Source: an uncultured Gemmatimonadales bacterium (lineage in GTDB: Bacteria; Gemmatimonadota; Gemmatimonadetes; Gemmatimonadales; GWC2-71-9). Taken from it: DNA of 64,000 nt. Location: positions 160,001 to 224,000 of the forward strand of contig CAWJMT010000035.1 in assembly GCA_963844035.1 (NCBI GenBank), read 5' to 3'. Position 1 is the first letter of the stretch. Each line of letters begins with the position of its first letter. A program made the position numbers and the translations under genes. Below, in pieces: positions 52,625 to 63,452 of the stretch. The notes beneath the pieces were generated by a model. That model searched no databases, had not been told where the DNA came from, and worked only from the letters and a program-made list of their open reading frames with translations.

Positions 52625-53030
52625 TTATCCTTTCGTTCCGTCCTGCGGGACGGACACTAGCACGGCTGCATCGCCCCACAGACGCTCGAGCTGGTAGAAC
52701 TCCCGCAGCTCTGGATGGAAGACGTGCACGACGAAATCTACATAATCGAGCAACACCCAGCGACCTTGCGTCAGCCCTTCAACGTGGTGCGGCCGCACCC
52801 CGTGGGGCGCGAGCGCGGTCATTAGGTGGTCCGCCATGCCTCGTACGTGGGTATCCGACGTGCCCGACGCGATGATGAAGTAGTCGGTCGCCGCGGTTAG
52901 ATCCCGAAGGTCCAGCACGACGGCATCTACCGCCTTGCGGTCAGCGAGGGCGCGCGTGACGAGCCACAACCGCGTCCGGCGGAGGTTCCCGGCGGGGTCG
53001 CGACGACCGAACCCGGCCCCTGCTAGTCAT
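52625..53030 (-). CDS. rsfS: Ribosome silencing factor (probable frameshift near 52950)
   Basis: DYFIIASG, WVLLDY, REFYQLERLW. Confidence 0.92.
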
Positions 53031-53063
53031 ATAGTGGGCCCGCCGTCGCTTTGTTCCGTGGCC

Positions 53064-53506
53064 CTATTCCTTTACCACGGTGACCAGAATCTCCGGGCGC
53101 ACCTCGGGGTGGATCTTGATGCCCACCCGAAACTCGCCCAGCTCGCGGATCGGCTCAGGGAGGTCCACTTTGCGCTTGTCCACGTGGAAGCCCTGCTCCT
53201 CCAGCTGGCGCTGGATGTCGCTCGCGGTCACGGAGCCGTACAACTTCTCTTCCTCGCCGACCTTCGCGGTGAAGGTCAGCCGGACGTCAACGAGCCGTGC
53301 CGCTTCGACTTCAGCGGCCGCTTTTTCGCCGGCGCGCTGCTTGGCGATGCGGTGGCCTCGAAGGTGATGCGCTTCTTGTTCGCTTCCGTGGCCGAATACG
53401 CCAGTCCCTTCGGCAGCAAGTAATTGCGGGCGTAGCCATCCTTGACCTTGACCACCTCGCCGGCCTTGCCGAGGTGTTGCACGTCTTCTCGGAGAATGAG
53501 TTCCAT
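53064..53506 (-). CDS. rplI: 50S ribosomal protein L9 (frameshift near 53355)
   Basis: [25 protein letters not shown]. Confidence 0.95.
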
Positions 53507-53515
53507 CGCGATCCT

Positions 53516-54448
53516 CTATGAGGCGTTCGGCCGGCGTGCGAGCCGGCGTCGGAATTGGAGCCACGTATCGGTCATCCCCAGGGTCGCGAGCCCTGGAACG
53601 ACAAACAGGAGGGGCACCGTCAGAACCGCGGCGACAACCATGCCGACCGCGAGCGACGTCGGAGTCACACCCAGTATCACGGCGAATGCGACCACGATGG
53701 CCGCGCCGCGCAGCAGGTACAGGACGCCAACCACCAGCAGGAGATTGAGCGCCGCGGCCTTGAGCCCCGCGAGCAGGGGAGTAATCATGACGGTGACCCC
53801 ACCCACCACTGTCCACACCCAACCGTCTGCGAACCGGAATTCCCGGAACGGCGCGAGGGGCAGGCCGAGCGGGCTCGCGGAAAGGCGTTGATGCCATTGC
53901 CAGGCCAGGCCCAGGCCGGCCAGGGCATTGAGCACGAGCAACGCCGGGACTGTTTCACCGAGGAAGTGCACTACCGGATCGAAGACCGCAGCGGCCTCGG
54001 GCCGCAGCGCAATCAGCATGCGGAGGGTTTCGCCCGCCTGCCGCGTGGCCGCCCACTGGAGGATGTCTCCCGCGTCGGCGCCGAGAATCCCCCGCGCGAG
54101 CAGGAGTGCCGCACCGAGCCCGATGACGCTGGCGCGTACGGCTTGCGGAAAGAACGCCGCGGGCGCGACCAGCGTGAGGACGACGAACGTGGCGACGACC
54201 AGCACGATGTACGCGTGCCCGGCGGCGCTCACGAGGTCGCCCCGGGCCGACTGGAGAACCAGCGCCACGCTCAGCATGCCGACGAGCAGCGCGGCGCCCC
54301 ATTGAGCCGCCCCGCGCGGACGCGCTGCGAGCATCAGCGCGGCGAGCGGGAGACCTACGAAGCTGGGCGGGGCCCAAACGACGAACGCCGCCGTCCCGAG
54401 CACGAGCCGCCAGTTGGTGCGGGAGTGCCGGTCCTGATCAGCCGCCAT
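53516..54448 (-). CDS. DUF2232/YybS family membrane protein
   Basis: Multiple TM segments ending [13 protein letters not shown]; characteristic position between rpsR and rplI. Confidence 0.75.
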   Translation of the reverse strand: MAADQDRHSRTNWRLVLGTAAFVVWAPPSFVGLPLAALMLAARPRGAAQWGAALLVGMLSVALVLQSARGDLVSAAGHAYIVLVVATFVVLTLVAPAAFFPQAVRASVIGLGAALLLARGILGADAGDILQWAATRQAGETLRMLIALRPEAAAVFDPVVHFLGETVPALLVLNALAGLGLAWQWHQRLSASPLGLPLAPFREFRFADGWVWTVVGGVTVMITPLLAGLKAAALNLLLVVGVLYLLRGAAIVVAFAVILGVTPTSLAVGMVVAAVLTVPLLFVVPGLATLGMTDTWLQFRRRLARRPNAS

Positions 54449-54659
54449 GCCGCTTGATGTAGGGGAGCAGGGCCAGTTGGCGCGAGCGCTTGATCGCCGT
54501 CGCCAGCTGGCGTTGATGGCGCGCGCACATGCCGGACAGGCGGCTGGGGAGGATCTTGCCCCGCTCGGTAAGGAAGCGACCGAGGGTGCGGTCATCCTTG
54601 TAGTCCAGCACACGGGCACCGGACTCACACACGGGGCACGTCTTCGAAGGCCGTCTCAT
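54438..54659 (-). CDS. rpsR: 30S ribosomal protein S18
   Basis: [31 protein letters not shown]. Confidence 0.97.
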   Translation of the reverse strand: MRRPSKTCPVCESGARVLDYKDDRTLGRFLTERGKILPSRLSGMCARHQRQLATAIKRSRQLALLPYIKRHGG

Positions 54660-55021
54660 GCGTCGTCTTCCTCCTCGATCTCCTCAAGTTCGGCGGCAAT
54701 CGGAGGCGCGGGAACCGGCTTCACGGGCTCGCCTTCGTTCACGACGACCATGAACCGCAGCACGCTCTCGTCCAGTTTGACCGCCCGCTCGAACTCGGGC
54801 AACACTTCGCCCTCGGCTTCGAACTGCGCCACGACGTAGTAGCCCGTCTCACGCTTCTTGACGGGGTACGCGAGCGTCCGCTTGCCCCAGTGTGCGATGT
54901 TCGTGACGGTGCCCTTTCCATCCTTGGTGATCAAGGTGTGGAAGCGCTCAAGTTTTTCGTTGATCGCCGGTTCTTCGAGGGCGCTGTCGATGATGTAGAC
55001 CGTCTCGTAGCGACGGGCCAT
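54656..55021 (-). CDS. rpsF: 30S ribosomal protein S6
   Basis: [24 protein letters not shown]. Confidence 0.97.
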   Translation of the reverse strand: MARRYETVYIIDSALEEPAINEKLERFHTLITKDGKGTVTNIAHWGKRTLAYPVKKRETGYYVVAQFEAEGEVLPEFERAVKLDESVLRFMVVVNEGEPVKPVPAPPIAAELEEIEEEDDA

Positions 55022-55075
55022 GCCACCTCCCTTTGGTCGTAGGCGACCCGGCGCTGTGCGGCACCGAGTAGGGAA
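55022..55075 (-). ncRNA. S6:S18 ribosomal-protein leader (autoregulatory RNA)
   Basis: UUCCCUACUC-hairpin-GGUCGCCUACGACC-AAAGGGAGG directly before the rpsF AUG; 5' pyrimidines can pair with the SD. Confidence 0.65.
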
Positions 55076-55107
55076 TTCTGTGCGGGAAAGCTAAACCGCA
55101 AGGCCGC

Positions 55108-55650
55108 TTATGTCACGCCCTCACGAACCCACCGCTCCACGGCCTCGACCATCTGCGGGATCGCGGTCTCGATCTGCGTCACCTGTTCGGGGTCGAAGGG
55201 CGCCAGCACGTACTCCGACCAGTCCTCCACGCCGTCGGGGAGCGGCCCGACGCCGATGCGCAGGCGGGCGTACTGCTGTGACTGCAGCGCGCCCTCGATG
55301 CTCTTGAGGCCGTTGTGTCCGCCCGCGGAGCCGAAGGCCCGCAGGCGGAAGGTGCCGCTCGCAATGCGGAATTCGTCGACCAGCACCAGCAGATCGACGG
55401 CCGGGTTGAATGCGGGATCGGCGCGGAGCGTTACGAGGGCCGCCCCGCTGGCGTTCATGAACGTCGTGGGTTTGAGAACCTGGACGGGTACGCCCGCGAG
55501 ATCGCCGGCGGTGACCCGGGCTCGCTCGCCCCGTCGAAACGGCGGCAGGGCCCAATGGGCGACGAGCGCGTCGGCAAGCCAGAACCCCGCATTGTGCCGC
55601 GTCGCCGCGTACTCGGGACCAGGATTCCCGAGGCCGACCACGGCGCGCAA
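55108..55650 (-). CDS. pth: Peptidyl-tRNA hydrolase
   Basis: GLGNPG, TRHNAG, KPTTFMN, GGHNGLKS. Confidence 0.97.
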   Translation of the reverse strand: MRAVVGLGNPGPEYAATRHNAGFWLADALVAHWALPPFRRGERARVTAGDLAGVPVQVLKPTTFMNASGAALVTLRADPAFNPAVDLLVLVDEFRIASGTFRLRAFGSAGGHNGLKSIEGALQSQQYARLRIGVGPLPDGVEDWSEYVLAPFDPEQVTQIETAIPQMVEAVERWVREGVT

Positions 55651-55653
55651 CGC

Positions 55654-56421
55654 CTAGCTCTCTTTGCCGCCCTTGGGCTTGTCGGCGCCGCCCTTGGGCT
55701 TCTCCGCCTTCGGCTTGGCCTCGCCCTTGCCCTCGCCCTTGCCCTCGGCCTTGGCTTCGCCTTCGCCCTCGGCGCCCTCCTCGTCGTCCTCGCGAACCTT
55801 GCGGATCAGCTCGGGCTCGGCAACATCGGTGGTCGCCTCAGGAGTCGGGGCCGCGACCTCTTCGGCGCGCGGCGGGACGACGGTGGCGATCGTCAGATCG
55901 GCGTGCGTCAGGATCGTGGCGTTCGGGATCGCGAGCGCCTGCACGTGCACGGAGTCACCAATCTTGAGCAGGGTGACGTCGAGCTCGACGCGGTCGGGGA
56001 TGTGCTCCGGCAGCACTTCGATTTCCACCTCGCGGGTCACCTGATCCAGCACGCCTCCCGCATTCCGGACGCCGTCCGGCGTACCCACGAGGTGCACGGG
56101 CACCTTGAGGGTGACCTTCTGCTCCGCATGGATCTCGTAGAAGTCGACGTGGATGATGTCGGGACGGATCGGATGGCGCTGGATCTCGCGGATCAGCGTT
56201 TTCATTTTCTTGCCATCGAGTGCGAGCTCGATGATGGTGCTCTCGGGCTCGATGCCCGTCAGCGCCAGCTCGAGGGCCTTCGCCTCAACAACAAGGCTCT
56301 GTGCGGTCCGGCCCTGGCCGTAGATCACGGCCGGTACCTGCCCGCGGAAGCGACTCTGGCGGGCGGGACCCTTGCCGGTCGCGGTCCGGGGGCTCGCAGC
56401 GAGCGAAACGATCTGTGCCAT
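55654..56421 (-). CDS. rplY: 50S ribosomal protein L25/Ctc
   Basis: VPAVIYG, HVDF, charged C-terminal tail. Confidence 0.95.
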   Translation of the reverse strand: MAQIVSLAASPRTATGKGPARQSRFRGQVPAVIYGQGRTAQSLVVEAKALELALTGIEPESTIIELALDGKKMKTLIREIQRHPIRPDIIHVDFYEIHAEQKVTLKVPVHLVGTPDGVRNAGGVLDQVTREVEIEVLPEHIPDRVELDVTLLKIGDSVHVQALAIPNATILTHADLTIATVVPPRAEEVAAPTPEATTDVAEPELIRKVREDDEEGAEGEGEAKAEGKGEGKGEAKPKAEKPKGGADKPKGGKES

Positions 56422-56474
56422 ACGTGTGACCTCAAAGTGCGGAGTTCGGAATGCGGAATGGACCGCACTCTACG

Positions 56475-57428
56475 TCAATCAAACAGCGAACTCACCGATT
56501 GGTTGCTGTGTTCGTATCCGATTGCTTTCCCGATCAGCCCGGCGATCGACAGCACCTTCAGCTTATCGAAGAGCCGCTCTTCGGGGATCCGGATGGTGTT
56601 CGTGACCGCGACCTCGTCGATCTTCGAGGCTTGCAGTCGCTCCACCGCCGGCCCAGACAGCAGGGCATGCGACGCGAACGCATAGATCTTCCTGGCGCCC
56701 AGGCGGGACAATGCTGCCGCGGCCTCCGCAATCGTCCCGCCGGTGTCGATCATGTCGTCGGGGATGAGGCAGTCCTTGTCGGCGACCTCGCCCACCACGT
56801 TGACCACTTCCGCGACGTTCGCCGTCGTGCGCCGCTTGTCGATGATCGCGAGCGATGCGTTCAGACGCTTGGCGAACCCGCGGGCCATCTTCGCCGACCC
56901 GACGTCGGGAGCCACGACGACCGGATCGTACAGCTCCTTTTGCCGGAAATGGCTGACGAACACCGGCGCCGCGTACAGATGGTCCACCGGGATATCGAAG
57001 AACCCCTGCATCTGGTGGGAGTGGAAATCCAGGCCCAGGACCCGGTCCGCTCCCGCCTGCGTGATCAGGTTCGCAATCAACTTCGCGCTGATCGCCACCC
57101 GCGGCTGATCCTTACGGTCCTGGCGTGCATAGCCGAAGTAGGGCAGCACCGCCGTGATCCGCGCCGCGCTCGCCCGGCGGGCGGCATCGATCAGGAGCAG
57201 CAGCTCCATCAGGTTCTCAGCCGGCGGATTGGTCGGCTGGATGATGAAGACGTCCCGTCCCCGCACGTTCTCGTCGATCTTGATGAAGATCTCACCATCG
57301 GCAAAGCGGCGGATCGTCACGGCGCACAGCGGCTGGCCCAAATGCTTGGCCAGCTCTTCGGCGAGCGGGCGGTTGGCCGTCCCGGAGAGGAGCAGAAGCT
57401 GGCTGCGAGACAGCGTAAGGTCGGCCAT
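56475..57428 (-). CDS. prs: Ribose-phosphate pyrophosphokinase
   Basis: FADGE, PYFGYARQDRK, DDMIDTGGT. Confidence 0.97.
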   Translation of the reverse strand: MADLTLSRSQLLLLSGTANRPLAEELAKHLGQPLCAVTIRRFADGEIFIKIDENVRGRDVFIIQPTNPPAENLMELLLLIDAARRASAARITAVLPYFGYARQDRKDQPRVAISAKLIANLITQAGADRVLGLDFHSHQMQGFFDIPVDHLYAAPVFVSHFRQKELYDPVVVAPDVGSAKMARGFAKRLNASLAIIDKRRTTANVAEVVNVVGEVADKDCLIPDDMIDTGGTIAEAAAALSRLGARKIYAFASHALLSGPAVERLQASKIDEVAVTNTIRIPEERLFDKLKVLSIAGLIGKAIGYEHSNQSVSSLFD

Positions 57429-57475
57429 GCGAGCCTAGCAAAATAGACGGCAAACTGCGCGAAGCAAAGGGGTTG

Positions 57476-58388
57476 CTACGGGTGGGACTTGAGGGCGTCC
57501 TCGGCCGGCGTGAGCTGGTCCACCTGCCAGAAATCGAGACGGTAGACGGTGCCGCGCGCCTGGGTGCGGGCCCAGAAACCTGCTGCCGCCGAGTCGAGCT
57601 CGAGAGACAGGAGCGGGCGCGCGGCGGCGCCACGGACCGACACGCGGCGTTCGGGCTTCGCAAAGGTGAGTGAGTCCGCCTGCTGGTCGGTCGCGAACCC
57701 CGCCGCCGCGAGGGTGCTCAAGTAATGAAGGAGCCGCGCGACCGCCGCCGAGTCGGCTCGCGCGTCGCGCGGGAGTACCCAGCTCGCCCCCTCTTTCCGA
57801 AGTGTGGTGCGCGTGACGCCGCGCTGGATCTCAATGACGGCGACGCTTTCCGGGACGACCGTGCCGATTTGGCGATCACGCCAATCGTCCGCGGAGCGCC
57901 GCACGAGCGTGGGCAGCCGGCCTGGCCAGAGATAAACGCGGCTGTCGCCCACGAGCCGAACGTAGGTGGCTTCCGATCCGGGGCCATACTCACCGACGAA
58001 CAGCTGCACCAACGGCTTGCCACTCTTGCTGACCTGCAGTAGCCGGCTCGCGGGCGAGTCCACACCCATCCGGGCGAATGACGATGGACTCTGCGCCGCG
58101 AGCTTCGGGGCGAACCGAATCGCGCAGCGCCTGAAACAGGTCGCTGACGCTCGACGCGGACGCCGGATGGCGATTCACTGTCCAGGCGCCGGACGGTTGC
58201 TTCACGAGCAAGACGCTGTCGGCTCCCTCGGTAATGACGACGGTGTCCACGTCATCCGGGGCGCTCACCGGCAGCCGCAGCAATGCCGGCGTCGTGTCCG
58301 CCGGGCGCGACCAGCGCTCGCTCGCTCCCCAGAGGATCAGCAGCACGACGACGCTGATCGCGATCACGCGCAGGTGTTTGGCGGTCAT
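57476..58388 (-). CDS. DUF4340 domain protein (frameshift near 58105)
   Basis: N-terminal TM segment, two repeated domains with WRDR motif, downstream of the Gld-like ABC genes. Confidence 0.7.
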
Positions 58389-60626
58389 GTCGGCTGGCGC
58401 GCGTGTGTAGGGCCTGTACGACCTGACGCGTCAGCAGACGCCGGCGCCACAGTCGCACCCCACCGAATCCCACGAGCAGGAGGGGGATGCCGATCAGGTT
58501 GCCGTACTTCACCGCGTCCCGTGCGGCATTGCTTGTGAATACGAGCGGCGGTGGCGTGCGGTCCTTGGACCGGATGGCGATCAGTGCTTCATCCTGCGCC
58601 AGCCAGTCCACGGCATTCTGCACGAACACGAGGCCCGATTCGCCCCCACGGAGGTAACGGTCACTGGCGAAATCGGAGCTCGCTACGACGATGAGGCGTC
58701 CGCGGACACCGGACTGAGCGCCCTGCGCCGTAGGGGCCACCTGCACCGCCAACAGGCGACGCGCGAGACTGTCGCGGCCGAATTGCTGCGTGGGGCTGAG
58801 GATCATCTCGTCCTTGCGCAGGCCGGCGGCGTCGCTGCTGGTCAACAGAGGTGTGAGGGTGCCGCGCGGCCCCAAGGTGGTATCGATGCTGCTCACCCAG
58901 GGGAGGAGCACTGCGTCGAGCTCGGCATTGATGGCCGAGGTGCGGGTACTGAGCGCGCGCACCCACGGCGGATAGGGCAACAGGACTTGCCCGAATTGCG
59001 TCGGCATCCCGACCTGCGCGTTCGACGCGAGGTCGTACACCATGTCCGAGCCTACCGAGAGTCCGTAGGCATGCAGCAGCTGATTCCAGGGGACGGCGCG
59101 CCCGCTCGCGACGGGGGCCTCGGCCGAGAGGGTCATGCCGTTCGCCATCAGCAGGACGCTCCCGCTGTCGAGGTACGACCGCAGCGGCGCGAGCTGCGCC
59201 TGCGGCACCGAGTCGGGAACGCCGATGACGATCAACGCTCTTCAGGTCGCGCAGCGCGCTCGAATCGGCCGCGAGCGTTATCGGCCGGACGTCGTAGTTC
59301 TGCCCAAGCTGTTCCTGCAGACCGTTGAAGGTGCGACCGCGCGCCGCCGCCGAGCGGTCGGTCGCGATCAACAGGCCCACCGCCGGCTTTTCCTTGCGCG
59401 TGAGTGACCGGATGTCGGAGGTCAGGCGGTACTCCAAGTCATTCGACTTCCGCACGAAGGGGATGGTCTTCACGCCTTCGGCGTACAGCGCCGCGATGCC
59501 GAGGTAGCCTTCCTTCACCTGCAGCTCACCGCGGCCGACGACGTTGAACTGGACGGGCGGGATCCCCAGGGACCGTGCCTCGCGGGCGGCGGCGGTATCC
59601 GCGACCGGGTCCAGCACGACGAGCCGTACCTTCCCCTTGCTCGCGGTGCGGTAGTCGCGGAGCAGGTCGTCCACGTCGCGCTTCAGGAAGGCCACCTCCG
59701 GCGGGAGGGCCGCCGAGGCAAACAGCTTGATCGTGACGAGGTCGTTCAGGCTGTTCAGGATCTGACGCGAGCCCGGCGACAACGTGTACGCGCGTCCCGG
59801 GGTCAGGTCGAGGCGGCCGCCGATGCGCCGTCCGAAGAGGTTGAGGATGACGAGCCCCACCGTCAGGAGCGCGACCCCGAGCTTGAGGCGCTGGATGGTC
59901 GTCGCCGCGGGCGGTGAGCTTGCGGCGCATCAGGGCGAAGTAGGCGAGCACGAGGAACGCGGCGGCGAGGCTGAGAAAATACACGGCGTCGCGGAGGTCG
60001 ATCACGCCGCGGGCGATGCCCTGGAAGTGCGAGAGGACCCCCAGCGCGGCCGCCGCGGCCCCGAGCCGCGGCGGCAGTCCGACCAGCAACGGGTCGAGTC
60101 CCACGAGGATCAGGGCAAACATGACGGCGACGGCGACGATGAAGGCGGTGATCTGGTTTCGGGTCACGCTCGACGCCCACAGGCCCACCCCGGTGAGTCC
60201 CACCATGAGCAGCGCCGCGCCCACGTACTGGGCGACGACCACGCCCCACTGCACGTGCGCGCCGAGCCGCAGCGCCAGCGGGATGGGGAGGGTCAAGCCG
60301 AGCGCTATGAGAAGGAAGAGGAGCTGGCCGAGGTACTTGCCCAGCAGCAAGTCCAGCTCCGTGATCGGTTGCGCCAGCACGATCTCGACCACGCCGCTGC
60401 GCGTGTCCTCGGCCAGCGCCCGCATCGTCACGGCGGGGACCAGGAAGAGCAGCATCCAGGGCAGGAGGTCGAGCATGGGGCGGAGCGATGCCACGCCGTA
60501 GATCTCGGCCTGACGGAAAAAGAGGAAGTCGTTCACCCCCACGAAGACGACCAGCAGAATGTAGGCCGTCGCCAGGTCGAACAACGCCCGCAGCTCCCGC
60601 CGCGCGATGGTCCAGATCGGGGTCAT
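58385..60626 (-). CDS. ABC-2 permease fused to GldG-like domain (frameshifts near 59900, 59235 and 58420)
   Basis: IARRELRA, TMRALAED, RGVIDLRD, then RLDLT..YTLS, LEYRLTS, NAVDWL..LIAIRSK. Confidence 0.8.
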
Positions 60627-61585
60627 TTGTGGTCGGGCTCCGTGAGCTGGCGGAACAGCTCCTCGAGGCTCCCCGTTTCCTGGTGCAGCTCGAACAGCGT
60701 CCAACCGCGTGTCTTGGCGAGCTCGAAAATACCGGGGCGCACCTCGGCGTCCTGCTCGGCGGTCACGCGAATCGCGACCCGTCCGTCTGCGGTGGGCCGC
60801 GCCGGCTCGACCGCCCGCACGCCGGCGAGCCGTGCGATGCTGGCGGCCACGTCGCTCCCCAGCACTTCGACGGCGATCTGGACGACGCCCTCGGCCTGCT
60901 GGATCAAGCGGTCCACCGGGCCGTCCGCCACGATGCGACCGCCGCTGATGATCAGCAGCCGGGAGCAGGACTGCTGGACTTCCGAGAGCACGTGCGTGGA
61001 GAGCAACACCGTGCGCTCCTTGCCCAGCTCGGCGATCAGACGACGCATCTCGACCCGCTGATTCGGATCGAGACCCTCCGTCGGCTCGTCCAGCACCAGC
61101 AGGTCGGGTCGATGCAGGATCGCCTGCGCGAGCCCAACCCGCTGCCGGTAACCCTTCGATAGCTCCCCGATCGGCCGGTAGAACACGCTCTCGATGGCGG
61201 TGGACGTCACCGCTTCGTCGAAGCAGCGCTCCCGCGTGGTCCCGTGGAGCTCGCGCAGATCGGCGATGAACGCGAGGTAGTCGGCGACGAGCATGTCGCC
61301 ATATAGGGGATTGTTCTCCGGCAGGTAACCGATGCGCCACTTCGCCGCGCGCCCCGACTCCGCGATCGACACGCCGTCGAGCCGGATGGTCCCGGCATCA
61401 GGCTCGATGTACTGCGTGATCATGCGCATCGTGGTGGACTTGCCGGCGCCGTTCGGTCCCAGAAAGCCCACAACTTCGCCGCGGTTGATCGCGAACGAGA
61501 CGTCGTTGACGGCGACGACGCCGGCAAATCGTTTGGAGACGCCTTGGAGCGTGAGGAACGACGGGACGAGCGGGGGTGCGGTCAT
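60623..61585 (-). CDS. ABC transporter ATP-binding protein (GldA-like)
   Basis: GPNGAGKST, LSKGYRQR, LDEPTEGLDP. Confidence 0.95.
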   Translation of the reverse strand: MTAPPLVPSFLTLQGVSKRFAGVVAVNDVSFAINRGEVVGFLGPNGAGKSTTMRMITQYIEPDAGTIRLDGVSIAESGRAAKWRIGYLPENNPLYGDMLVADYLAFIADLRELHGTTRERCFDEAVTSTAIESVFYRPIGELSKGYRQRVGLAQAILHRPDLLVLDEPTEGLDPNQRVEMRRLIAELGKERTVLLSTHVLSEVQQSCSRLLIISGGRIVADGPVDRLIQQAEGVVQIAVEVLGSDVAASIARLAGVRAVEPARPTADGRVAIRVTAEQDAEVRPGIFELAKTRGWTLFELHQETGSLEELFRQLTEPDHK

Positions 61586-61810
61586 GCGCTCTCAGGTAGT
61601 CGTCGGCGGAATATGCTAATCCCAGACGCGCGGATGATTCAACCCCCCTGCGGCGTTCGTCAAGTCCATTGCTGGCGCGCGTTCCATGCTGCTAGCATGG
61701 ATGCGCGGTGCGGTTGGAGGGCGGACCCGGGGAAACGCGGGGGAACCCGAGGCGTCGAGGATGCATTCCTAGATGGCGGAACCGCGCGAGCCGATATACC
61801 AGGAGGAACG

Positions 61811-62728
61811 ATGTCCATCAGACCAATCAAGCGAATCATCGAGTCGACACCCACCATGGAGGGCGCCGGCGTCAAGCTGCGCCGCGCCTTCGGATTCGGG
61901 AGTACGGAGGAGTTCGACCCGTTTCTCTTGTTCGACGACTTCCGCAACGAGACCCCCGCCGACTATCTGGCGGGCTTCCCCTGGCATCCGCATCGGGGAA
62001 TCGAAACCATCACGTACGTCCTGGCTGGCGCAGTGACTCACGGGGACAGTTTGGGGAATCGCGGCACGCTGGGCGCGGGCGACGTCCAGTGGATGACGGC
62101 CGGCAGCGGAATCCTCCACCAGGAGATGCCCAAGGGAGACCCGCAGGGGAGGATGCATGGGTTTCAGCTGTGGGCCAACCTTCCCTCATCGCAGAAGATG
62201 ACCGCTCCCCGCTATCAGGACGTGGTGGCCGGCGACGTCGCCGAGGTCACGGACGATGACGGCACCAGGGTACGCATCATCTGCGGGAATTTTTGGGGGA
62301 AGACCGGTCCGGTGCAGGGCATTGCCGCGGATCCACGGTATCTCGACGTGTCCGTCCCAGCCGGCCGACGCAAGGTGCTGCCGGTGGAAACCGATCGGCA
62401 CGCCTTTGCCTACGTGTTCGAAGGCAGCGGCACGTTCCGCGACGCGTCGGCGCCCACCGGGGTGCGGACGGAGCTCGTCGGGCCCAGCGGGGCCGCCGCT
62501 CCGGCATCGGCCGGGGAGACGGGGAACCGCTCGCTGGTGGTGTTCGATCGTGGGGACGAGGTGGTGGTGCAGGCCGGGGATGCAGGCGTCCGGTTCCTGC
62601 TCGTATCGGGCAAGCCGATTGACGAGCCGGTCGCGTGGTACGGGCCGATTGTCATGAACACGCAGGAGCAGTTGCGGCAGGCCTATGCCGAGCTGCGGGA
62701 TGGGACGTTCATCAAACAGCCGCGCTGA
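61811..62728 (+). CDS. Pirin family protein
   Basis: AGGAGG RBS; DPFLLFD, HPHRGIET, WMTAGSGILHQE, GPIVMNT. Confidence 0.95.
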   Translation: MSIRPIKRIIESTPTMEGAGVKLRRAFGFGSTEEFDPFLLFDDFRNETPADYLAGFPWHPHRGIETITYVLAGAVTHGDSLGNRGTLGAGDVQWMTAGSGILHQEMPKGDPQGRMHGFQLWANLPSSQKMTAPRYQDVVAGDVAEVTDDDGTRVRIICGNFWGKTGPVQGIAADPRYLDVSVPAGRRKVLPVETDRHAFAYVFEGSGTFRDASAPTGVRTELVGPSGAAAPASAGETGNRSLVVFDRGDEVVVQAGDAGVRFLLVSGKPIDEPVAWYGPIVMNTQEQLRQAYAELRDGTFIKQPR

Positions 62729-62744
62729 GCCTGGCGACCGGGAG

Positions 62745-62815
62745 TTGGCCCCGAAGGATTCGAACCTTCATTCGCGGATCCAAAGTCCGCTGTCCTGCCA
62801 TTGGACGAGGGGCCA
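62745..62815 (-). tRNA. tRNA-Gln(UUG), CCA not encoded
   Basis: TGGCCCC/GGGGCCA acceptor stem, GCGGA-CTTTGGA-TCCGC anticodon arm, GGTTCGAATCC T-arm. Confidence 0.97.
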
Positions 62816-62995
62816 ATGTGTGCGACAGCATCTTAACTTACGTGCTCCCCCGTTTCTACCGGGGCCTCGGCGCCAAACGCCCGTGTCCGCCTCGAACAAT
62901 CGGAACAGAGGGCTGGAATGAGTGTACTTATGTCCGGCGGATAGGCCGCTTCCAACCAGCCTGATCCGCGGGTAAATTCGTACCATCCTTCTACC

Positions 62996-63361
62996 ATGAT
63001 GAGGTTTGCCGTGCGGTTTCGCGTGAGCGCCATGGTGGCGCTGGTACTCGTGGCAAGTGTGGCGTGTGACGAGACGAGCACCGGCGGTGCTCCATCACCC
63101 ACGCGGGACGCCACCATCACAATGCCCGGGCTCAGTTACTCTCCCTCGGCGGTGACGATCCCCGTAGGCGGGAGAGTGCTGTGGGTCGGGTCGGGAATAA
63201 TCCACAATGTGAACTTCGGCGGTGTGCCCGATGCGCCTGGTGGCTGTTCCAACTGGAGCTTCGGAGACTGTCTCCTCCAGTTCAACGTCGCGGGCTCGTT
63301 CAATTATATCTGCACGATTCCTGGGCACGGCAGCATGTTCGGTACGGTGACCGTGAACTAA
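62996..63361 (+). CDS. Cupredoxin (plastocyanin-like) lipoprotein
   Basis: VA-C lipobox; HNV...YICTIPGHGSM type-1 copper ligands. Confidence 0.8.
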   Translation: MMRFAVRFRVSAMVALVLVASVACDETSTGGAPSPTRDATITMPGLSYSPSAVTIPVGGRVLWVGSGIIHNVNFGGVPDAPGGCSNWSFGDCLLQFNVAGSFNYICTIPGHGSMFGTVTVN

Positions 63362-63364
63362 CGA

Positions 63365-63386
63365 ACGGCGGGGGTGTCCCCGCCGT
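63365..63386. terminator. Hairpin between convergent genes
   Basis: ACGGCGGGG-GTGT-CCCCGCCGT; no clear U-tract. Confidence 0.4.
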
Positions 63387-63452
63387 CGCTCATCATCGTC
63401 TCCCAGAAGGTCCGCTCCCGCTCTCTCTGACCTCCGTCTAGGTGAGTCCCCT

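Noticed and set aside
55654..55800. Repetitive DNA at the rplY 3' end
   Set aside because: It encodes an ordinary low-complexity charged tail (GEGEAKAEGK, KPKGG).
57429..57480. att duplication of the tRNA-Gln 3' end
   Set aside because: No copy of the TTCGAATCCTTCGGGGCCA segment is visible here.
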